Virus record (IMG/VR): IMGVR_UViG_3300037307_000335
Coordinates: 1-43,329 of that record
From: a virus
Lineage: Duplodnaviria > Caudoviricetes
Length of the DNA: 43,329 nt
Reading direction: 5' to 3' (one strand)
This document shows, piece after piece, positions 37,003 to 43,329 of this stretch. Under the pieces are notes generated by a model that ran no database searches, was not told the DNA's origin, and saw only the letters and a list, made by a program, of their open reading frames with translations. A program made the position numbers and the translations under genes. The first letter of the stretch is position 1; the number at the start of each line of letters is the position of its first letter.

Positions 37003-38344
37003 CTTCTTTACATTATCTAACGAAGATGACGAAGTTCTATATGATATATATGATACTCTCACGTTTGAAGATTTCTCTAAGGCATATGCCGGTGGTAGAT
37101 TCGATAAAGATAAAATAAAGAAAGTAAGATTCGCAAAATTTCTAGAAGATGTAGAGATACCTACCATAAAAATACCAATCGGATTTTTATACTTCATTAA
37201 AAAAATATTTAAAGAACAAGATCTAAAAATAGTAGACGAAAGAAAAAAGCTTTCTGATGTAGATATTAATGTCGATCTTAAAGATATACAACTACGTGAT
37301 CATCAAAAAGATGCAATAAAGAAAGCACTATCTAAAGACAGGGGGATAATAAGGGCTCCAACTGGTAGTGGAAAAACAGAGGTATTTTTAGCCATAATGA
37401 AAATATTAAATAATGAATCTTTAGTCTTATTTAATAGAGTCAACTTAGCGCAACAAACTTTAGATAGAGCAAAGAGAAGAGGATTAGATGCGGGTATTGT
37501 CCAAGGTAATAATGTCTTAGAGAAAAAAATAACTATGGCAACAGTACAAAGCATAGAGAAGATAGACGATATAAAAAAATATAAAAATTTAATAATAGAC
37601 GAAGTGCATTATGGATCGTCAGACAGCTATCAACAAATAATGAGAATGTCGCATTGGGAAAGAATTTATGGTTTTTCTGCTACTCCAGTTAATCCAAATA
37701 AAATGGATCTTAAGTCTGCAAAAATAATATCACATGTTGGGCCAGTAATATTCGATGTAGAAGCGAAACCTCTAATAGAAAAAGGAATAATAGCAAAACC
37801 TCATATATATTTTGTTAAAGTTAATCAACCAGACGACATAGAAGACTTTGATTATGTGAATGCAGAGAAGTTTGGAATAACTTTTAATGAACACAGAAAC
37901 AAGATAATAAAAAAAATAACAGATGACAACTGTGATAGAAATGTATTAATACTTTCTAAGTATATAAAACAAGGGGAGAACATACATGAGCTTATTGAGG
38001 ATAGTAAATTTGTTTATAACCAGACTAAAGCAAAAGATAGATTGGATATACTTAGTGATTTTGAGTCCAGTAAATTCAGAGTACTTATTGCAGCTCGCAT
38101 TTTTGACTTTGGTATTGATATCATTAATGTTGATACGCTTATAATAGCAAGTGGCGGAAAAGAATTTTATCTTCCAATACAAAGACTTGGTAGAGCACTA
38201 AGAGCAAGTAAAGATAAGAAAACTGTAAATGTATATGATTTCTGGGATGAAACTAATGAGAAATTATTAAGACATTCGAAATCGCGAAAAAAAGCATACA
38301 TAAATTTTGGATACGACCAAATAGAAATAATTAATTATGAATAA
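36980..38344 (+). CDS. uvsW: SF2 DNA helicase (UvsW-like)
   Basis: LRDHQ, APTGSGKT, IIDEVH, GFSATP, QRLGRALR, VYDFWD motifs. Confidence 0.92.
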   Translation: MLILIKNNFFTLSNEDDEVLYDIYDTLTFEDFSKAYAGGRFDKDKIKKVRFAKFLEDVEIPTIKIPIGFLYFIKKIFKEQDLKIVDERKKLSDVDINVDLKDIQLRDHQKDAIKKALSKDRGIIRAPTGSGKTEVFLAIMKILNNESLVLFNRVNLAQQTLDRAKRRGLDAGIVQGNNVLEKKITMATVQSIEKIDDIKKYKNLIIDEVHYGSSDSYQQIMRMSHWERIYGFSATPVNPNKMDLKSAKIISHVGPVIFDVEAKPLIEKGIIAKPHIYFVKVNQPDDIEDFDYVNAEKFGITFNEHRNKIIKKITDDNCDRNVLILSKYIKQGENIHELIEDSKFVYNQTKAKDRLDILSDFESSKFRVLIAARIFDFGIDIINVDTLIIASGGKEFYLPIQRLGRALRASKDKKTVNVYDFWDETNEKLLRHSKSRKKAYINFGYDQIEIINYE

Positions 38345-38356
38345 TAGGATGATTTA

Positions 38357-38536
38357 ATGATATATATTTATTATTGTAAAAATTCAAAGTGCAAAAATAC
38401 TATTGAAGTTGTTCATAGTATGAAAGAATCCCCAAATATAACATGTCCTATTTGTGAAGAGAAAATGAAAGTAAAAGTAACTGGTGGATGTGGATTTGTA
38501 TTTCCTCTTACCAGAGGTAGTAATAAAAAGGAGTAA
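38357..38536 (+). CDS. FmdB-like zinc ribbon protein (59 aa, not in ORF track)
   Basis: MIYIYYCKNSKC...EVVHSM...CPIC...TGGCGF. Confidence 0.7.
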   Translation: MIYIYYCKNSKCKNTIEVVHSMKESPNITCPICEEKMKVKVTGGCGFVFPLTRGSNKKE

Positions 38537-38538
38537 GT

Positions 38539-38778
38539 ATGACTTATATATATTTTTGCAAAGAGTGTGGATTCGAAAAAGAAGTTAATCATGAAATGGT
38601 CAAAAACCCAACAATCAAATGTGACAAATGCAACAAGAAAATGTCTAAAAAAATAACAGGTGGCATAGGTTTTATGATCAAAGGACAAGTTTCAATTAAA
38701 GATAAGATGATAGGTATGAAGAAAGAAGAATACCAACAAAACCCAGGAAAAGACCCATATCGTAATTTCAGAGACTAG
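38539..38778 (+). CDS. FmdB-like zinc ribbon protein
   Basis: MTYIYFCKEC...EVNHEM...CDKC...TGGIGFMIKG. Confidence 0.75.
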   Translation: MTYIYFCKECGFEKEVNHEMVKNPTIKCDKCNKKMSKKITGGIGFMIKGQVSIKDKMIGMKKEEYQQNPGKDPYRNFRD

Positions 38779-38786
38779 GAGAAATT

Positions 38787-39785
38787 GTGAAGCTAAGAAT
38801 AAGATACTCGATAAAAACAATTGAGGCATTTCTGAAAAAGTACGTAAAAGATTATAAGATCTTACCAAGTGGAGAGTTTGCAATAAACTCTATGTTTGTA
38901 AAAGACACTACATATGATTGCAGAATCAACGTAGAAAAACAATGCTGGCATGATTGGGAGAGTGGGGAAGGTGGTAATTTAGTAGAATTGGTCGCAGCTT
39001 ATTGTAAGATCGACGAAAAAGAAGCAGAAAAAATATTGTTAGATTGCACTGGCGGTGAAAAACAAGAAGAATATATTCCAATAGAAAAACCAAAAGAAGA
39101 ATATAAAATAAAAGAGATAGAAAGCCCAACTGGATATTCTTTCGAAAAAGGTAGTGGTCCATTAAATTTTAAAAACAGAGCTATAAAATTATTAGAAAAG
39201 AAGCATGTTTCTTTTCAGCTAGCTCAAAAATATAAACTGACATGGACTAATGTATCTTATTTATTCGAAATCAATTTCAGTCATAGGATAATAATACCAA
39301 CTTACGAAAATGGTAAATTAGTATATTTTCAAGCGAGAAGCTATAGAGAAGATAGTTATTTGCCATATTTGAATATCCCCGCTACAGTTCAACCTAAAAG
39401 ATATATATTGCCTTTTTACGATATGTTACCAACTAATGAAGCTTTGTTTATAAGCGAAGGATGTTGGGAAGCTATACAATATAATGGGACTTATATGATT
39501 GGACCAAGCATAAGTGTTGAGCAAGCAACTAAAATAAAGAGACTGGGACCAAAAGCAATTTATTTTATAATAGATAATGATGAGACTGGTAGAAGAACTT
39601 TATTAGACAACATAAAGACACTAAAGATCCTGATAAAGTGTCCTATATATGTTATATTGTGGTGGGAAGGAGAGTATAACTCGTTTAAAGATCCAACAGA
39701 TGCTGGGATAAAAGATATAACTCAATTTCCAATTACTAAAGCTGACTCAACATTAGAATTGAAGTTGAGAACTGGGATGTTATGA
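38787..39785 (+). CDS. DNA primase (DnaG/T4 gp61-like)
   Basis: GTG start with AGGAG; RIIIP...YFQARS, TOPRIM SEG and DNDETG, KDP. Confidence 0.85.
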   Translation: MKLRIRYSIKTIEAFLKKYVKDYKILPSGEFAINSMFVKDTTYDCRINVEKQCWHDWESGEGGNLVELVAAYCKIDEKEAEKILLDCTGGEKQEEYIPIEKPKEEYKIKEIESPTGYSFEKGSGPLNFKNRAIKLLEKKHVSFQLAQKYKLTWTNVSYLFEINFSHRIIIPTYENGKLVYFQARSYREDSYLPYLNIPATVQPKRYILPFYDMLPTNEALFISEGCWEAIQYNGTYMIGPSISVEQATKIKRLGPKAIYFIIDNDETGRRTLLDNIKTLKILIKCPIYVILWWEGEYNSFKDPTDAGIKDITQFPITKADSTLELKLRTGML

Positions 39786-40054
39786 CAATTAAAGATCTAA
39801 CAAAGTACTTACTTAAAAATGGAACAATATCAGAAGAGAAATTAAAAAGAATTGAAGATATTATATTTGACAGAAATAAAGAATATGAATGTTTATTACA
39901 TAATATAGAAATAGAAAATAACATTGTTGGAATGGATATAATAGTAAAAATGAATGTAAGTTTCTTATTAGACAGTAAGAATTATTTGACGGGTGATTTC
40001 TTTGGAAGGATAACAAACGGTCAAGGAAAATTACTTATAAGATTAAAGGAATAA
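39782..40054 (+). CDS. Hypothetical protein
   Basis: ATGA overlap. Confidence 0.5.
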   Translation: MTIKDLTKYLLKNGTISEEKLKRIEDIIFDRNKEYECLLHNIEIENNIVGMDIIVKMNVSFLLDSKNYLTGDFFGRITNGQGKLLIRLKE

Positions 40055-40059
40055 TCTTT

Positions 40060-40332
40060 ATGATTAGTAAAACAATTTTTAGAAATTTGTTGAAGGGTAA
40101 AATTTGTAACAATTGTTTAATTAACCCATCTACCATGTTTATTCTAGATCCAATAGATTATACAATATTTATCAAATGCGAAAAGAGAAATCAAGAAAGA
40201 TATAATACATGTAAAAATTTTTCTTCTTCCAACTCTAGATTCGAAAGGGATCTTGTTAGATATTTGAAATTTAAAATGATGTTAATTTCAGATAAAAAAT
40301 ACGATGAGAGAGAAGAAAGAAATGAAATTTAA
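40060..40332 (+). CDS. Small Cys4 protein, third member of the 13681/13964 family
   Basis: NLLKGKICNNC...CEK...NTCKNF. Confidence 0.55.
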   Translation: MISKTIFRNLLKGKICNNCLINPSTMFILDPIDYTIFIKCEKRNQERYNTCKNFSSSNSRFERDLVRYLKFKMMLISDKKYDEREERNEI

Positions 40333-40798
40333 TTGGATAGGTCTTGGTTTTCATTTTGGAAAATATCAAAAATACTTCTGTATAAACTCTATGGATGTCG
40401 AGTTGTTGTTTACTATATATAGAAACTCACAGGTAGAAGAAACCAATAATGTAGTTATCGAGTATATACAAAAAGGGTTGAGAAAAACATTAAAGATAGT
40501 AGACAAAATAGAATCAGATATAAATAAAATACTTTTGATTAGTGGCGAAGAAAAGAATAGAAAATATGAAATACTGAGATTTATTACTAATAAAAAACCA
40601 ATAAATATAGGTTATTACATTGACAACATCTCTACTGAAGATATAAATCCATATATTTTGTGCACATCAGATCATATTAATTTATCTATAGAAGGTAAAG
40701 AAATAACAGAACCAGAATATTTAAAAGACACATGTTTTGCCGATTTGATGTGTTTATTTAATATGAAAGAAATGGCAAAAATTCTTATTTCTAAATAA
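40322..40798 (+). CDS. Hypothetical protein
   Basis: ORF filling the gap before helicase; start uncertain (40304 or 40322). Confidence 0.5.
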   Translation: MKFNWIGLGFHFGKYQKYFCINSMDVELLFTIYRNSQVEETNNVVIEYIQKGLRKTLKIVDKIESDINKILLISGEEKNRKYEILRFITNKKPINIGYYIDNISTEDINPYILCTSDHINLSIEGKEITEPEYLKDTCFADLMCLFNMKEMAKILISK

Positions 40799-40819
40799 AG
40801 GGCATACTTAATTTTCGAT

Positions 40820-42124
40820 ATGGAAGAAAAGAAAAAAGGCAAAGACATTTTAGATTTTGGCGAGTTAGAATATTTAATTCTAAGCTACGCAAGAAAAGAT
40901 CGAGCATTCTGGTTGAAGATAATAGACTTCATGAAAATTAGTTATTTCGAATTTGAAGATAATGCGAAGATATTTGAAGCATGGAAAGACTACTTCAAAA
41001 AATATAACAAAATACCAAAAAGAGAAATAATTAAAATAGAAGTAAAATCAATAAAAGAATCTGATATAGAAAAAATATATTGTGATCCACCAGAAGATTC
41101 TAAAAAATATATGTATGATAAAATGTTTGAATTCATGCAATACAATGTAATGATGTCAGCATTAAAGAATTCTGTGGATTTTTTAGAAAAACGTAAATTT
41201 TCTGAAATATATAGTGAGATAAGAAAAGCATCTTTATTTACAATGGATACATCTTTAGGAGTAAGTATATTTGATGTAGATAAAAGATACGAGAGAATCA
41301 ATGCAATGGAACAAGACAGAATCACAACTGGATTCCCGCAATTGAACAGAATATTAGGTGGTAGTATAGACAGTGGTGGATGGGCAAATAAAGGTATATA
41401 TTGTGTAGCAGCTCCCCCTGGTTTTGGTAAATCAATCTTTCTTGCTAATTTCGCAGCTAATGCTCTAAAAATGGCACAAAAGAATATATTAGTTTATACA
41501 CTAGAAATATCTGAAGAAAGTTTGTCGATGAGGCATGATGCTATATTATCAGATATACATACAGATGAACTAATGCACAACACTGATAAACTTAAAGAGA
41601 AATTAGGAATACTAAGAAAAATATCTAAATCAGATATGATAATAAAAGAATTTCCAACAAGAGCAGTCACCGTAAATAGTTTAAGATCTCACATGGAACA
41701 ACTAAAATTATATCTAAATTTTATCCCTAATATAATTATAATAGATTATGCTGGATTATTAGTACCAACTTATAGAACTGGCGAAAGCTATTCAGATTTG
41801 AAAACAATCTTTGAAGATTTAAGTGGATTAGCTGATGAAATGAATATCCCAGTAGTTACAGCAGCCCAAACAAATAGGAAGTCGTTAGATGAAAAAGGTG
41901 GGGGAACAAAAGAGACAATAACACAAGCACAAGTTGCTGAATCTCTTGGTATAACTCAAACTCTAGATGTTTTTATGACTATTACACAAAGCGTACCTGA
42001 AAAAAATGAAGGTAGTATAAATCTATATGTCGATAAAAACAGACATGGTGCTTCAGGTAAAAATATAAATTTCAAAATTGAATATAAGACGTTTAAGTTA
42101 GAGGAGGTAGAGTCGAATGAGTAA
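40820..42124 (+). CDS. gp41: Replicative DnaB-family helicase (T4 gp41-like)
   Basis: AAPPGFGKS, YTLEISE, IKEFPT, IIDYA, AAQTNR, KNRHG motifs. Confidence 0.95.
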   Translation: MEEKKKGKDILDFGELEYLILSYARKDRAFWLKIIDFMKISYFEFEDNAKIFEAWKDYFKKYNKIPKREIIKIEVKSIKESDIEKIYCDPPEDSKKYMYDKMFEFMQYNVMMSALKNSVDFLEKRKFSEIYSEIRKASLFTMDTSLGVSIFDVDKRYERINAMEQDRITTGFPQLNRILGGSIDSGGWANKGIYCVAAPPGFGKSIFLANFAANALKMAQKNILVYTLEISEESLSMRHDAILSDIHTDELMHNTDKLKEKLGILRKISKSDMIIKEFPTRAVTVNSLRSHMEQLKLYLNFIPNIIIIDYAGLLVPTYRTGESYSDLKTIFEDLSGLADEMNIPVVTAAQTNRKSLDEKGGGTKETITQAQVAESLGITQTLDVFMTITQSVPEKNEGSINLYVDKNRHGASGKNINFKIEYKTFKLEEVESNE

Positions 42125-42293
42125 AAAAGAAGATACAAACAAAAGAATAAAAGATGAAATAGTAATGGTTTTAGGACTACTTAGAAAGATAAAAACATCA
42201 AAAAATACTGGTGAATGTATGCTTATCGAAGAGCATATAAAGAAAATATCTGAACTAAATGATAGGAGAAATAAGGAGGTTTCAAATGGCTAA
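42117..42293 (+). CDS. Small hypothetical protein (58 aa, not in ORF track)
   Basis: GAGGAGG SD; MSKKEDTNKRIKDE... fills the gap. Confidence 0.5.
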   Translation: MSKKEDTNKRIKDEIVMVLGLLRKIKTSKNTGECMLIEEHIKKISELNDRRNKEVSNG

Positions 42294-42483
42294 AAGAAAA
42301 TTATACGAAGAAGAACCAGACGAATTAGAAGACGATGGCGACTTCGAAGATGAAGATTACGATTTAGACGAAGACGACTTCGACGATGATGAGGAAGAAG
42401 ACTATGACGATATAGATGGTGAAGATTATTATGATGATAACAGCGAAGACGACTTCGACGATGATGAGGACTTTGATAACTAA
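42286..42483 (+). CDS. Highly acidic small protein
   Basis: ATG 42286 after AAGGAGGT; mostly D/E with spaced F/Y. Confidence 0.7.
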   Translation: MAKRKLYEEEPDELEDDGDFEDEDYDLDEDDFDDDEEEDYDDIDGEDYYDDNSEDDFDDDEDFDN

Positions 42484-42486
42484 TAC

Positions 42487-42513
42487 AAAGTGGAACTTAG
42501 GTTCCACTTTTTT
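42487..42513 (+). terminator. Rho-independent terminator
   Basis: AAAGTGGAAC-TTAG-GTTCCACTTT plus T run. Confidence 0.88.
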
Positions 42514-42518
42514 GTTTA

Positions 42519-42538
42519 TTTCGAAGTAAATATAAAAT
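42519..42538 (+). promoter_or_regulatory. Putative early promoter TTTCGA-N8-TAAAAT
   Basis: Same spacing as 15432 and 16262. Confidence 0.55.
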
Positions 42539-42557
42539 AAAATAATAGGGAGATAAT

Positions 42558-43329
42558 ATGGGGAAGATCATAAAACTGATTATGGTCACTGGTGATAATA
42601 ATAATAAATTTTATAACATGACTGAGAATGAAGATGGCACATTTAAAGCAGGATGGGGCAGAATAAATTCAACTAGCGACTCAACAAATTATCCAATGTC
42701 AAAATGGAATTCAATTTATAAACAAAAAACTGGCAAAGGATATAAAGATGTAACAAGCTTATATGCAATCCAAACGGATTCTGTATCTTTTGCTAGTATT
42801 ACAAATTCACAAATATCAATTCTAGTTAACCAGTTACAATCCTATGCTAATAAATCAGTTACAACAAATTATACAATATCTTCCGAAAACGTTACTCAGG
42901 CGCAAATAGATACTGCACAAACTTTGATAGATAATCTTACTAAAATAAATTTTAAGGATAAAAAAGAATTAAACAAAACGTTGATAGAAATATATACTAC
43001 AATTCCGAGAAAGATGAATAATACAAAATATCATTTGTTTGGTGGAGAACTTGGAATAAAGATCACTAAAGAGAATGTTGATAAATTAATAACTAACGAG
43101 CAATCAACTCTTGATGTAATGAGAGGGCAAGTATCTACTAATTCAAAGACTAAGAAAAATATAGATTCTTCTAAAACTATATTAGATGCTATGGGTATTA
43201 TTATAACAGATATTGACGACGAAGATAAGAGGACAATATTAAAATTATTAGGCGCAAATTCTTCTCAATTTAGAAAGGCATATAAAGTAATTCAAAATAA
43301 CACCGAAAATAAATTTGTTAATTTTGTAT
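42558..43329 (+). CDS. WGR-domain PARP-like ADP-ribosyltransferase, 3' truncated
   Basis: Hand translation: MGKIIKLIMVTGDNNNKFYNM...AGWGRI...KTGKGY (WGR), then IYTTIPRKM...EQSTLDVMRGQV (PARP regulatory-like). The catalytic domain would lie beyond the window. Confidence 0.8.
   Translation, partial: MGKIIKLIMVTGDNNNKFYNMTENEDGTFKAGWGRINSTSDSTNYPMSKWNSIYKQKTGKGYKDVTSLYAIQTDSVSFASITNSQISILVNQLQSYANKSVTTNYTISSENVTQAQIDTAQTLIDNLTKINFKDKKELNKTLIEIYTTIPRKMNNTKYHLFGGELGIKITKENVDKLITNEQSTLDVMRGQVSTNSKTKKNIDSSKTILDAMGIIITDIDDEDKRTILKLLGANSSQFRKAYKVIQNNTENKFVNFV

Noticed and set aside
545-42138. Many minus-strand ORFs in the track (e.g. 10063-10440, 31754-32350, 15840-16148)
   Set aside because: Antisense shadows of + strand genes, Ser/Phe/Leu-rich, with no SD or motifs.
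1-43329. Alternative genetic code (stop codon reassignment)
   Set aside because: Core genes are full length under code 11, and TAA, TGA and TAG all end genes at sensible positions.

Overview
AT-rich segment of a large T4-like (contractile-tailed) dsDNA phage genome, read with the standard genetic code and mostly on the + strand. Gene order: intein-containing large terminase (5' truncated), small putative internal head proteins, PD-(D/E)xK resolvase-like nuclease, portal, core/scaffold proteins, prohead protease, major capsid protein, FN3 decoration protein, then an accessory block (RNA ligase-like, Cys-rich small proteins, C39-like peptidase, paralogous Zn-finger pair, REC/HD-GYP phosphodiesterase, RHH regulator). 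Neck genes (gp13/14/15-like) interleaved with small paralogous ORFs follow, then tail sheath, tail tube, gp26-like protein, gp47, adenine MTase, gp46, UvsX, UvsW, primase, helicase, an acidic protein and a 3'-truncated WGR/PARP-like gene. Most notable by-eye observations: (1) small Cys4 proteins whose tails resemble short segments of the phage's own capsid and portal proteins (possible decoys); (2) three distinct intergenic promoter-like motifs, one at a fixed 4-nt distance from SD-less ATGs; (3) a candidate +1/-2 programmed frameshift after the tail tube; (4) a phage-borne HD-GYP enzyme with a degenerate receiver; (5) shared targeting-like peptides. All family assignments are by motif recognition and synteny; no database searches were run.
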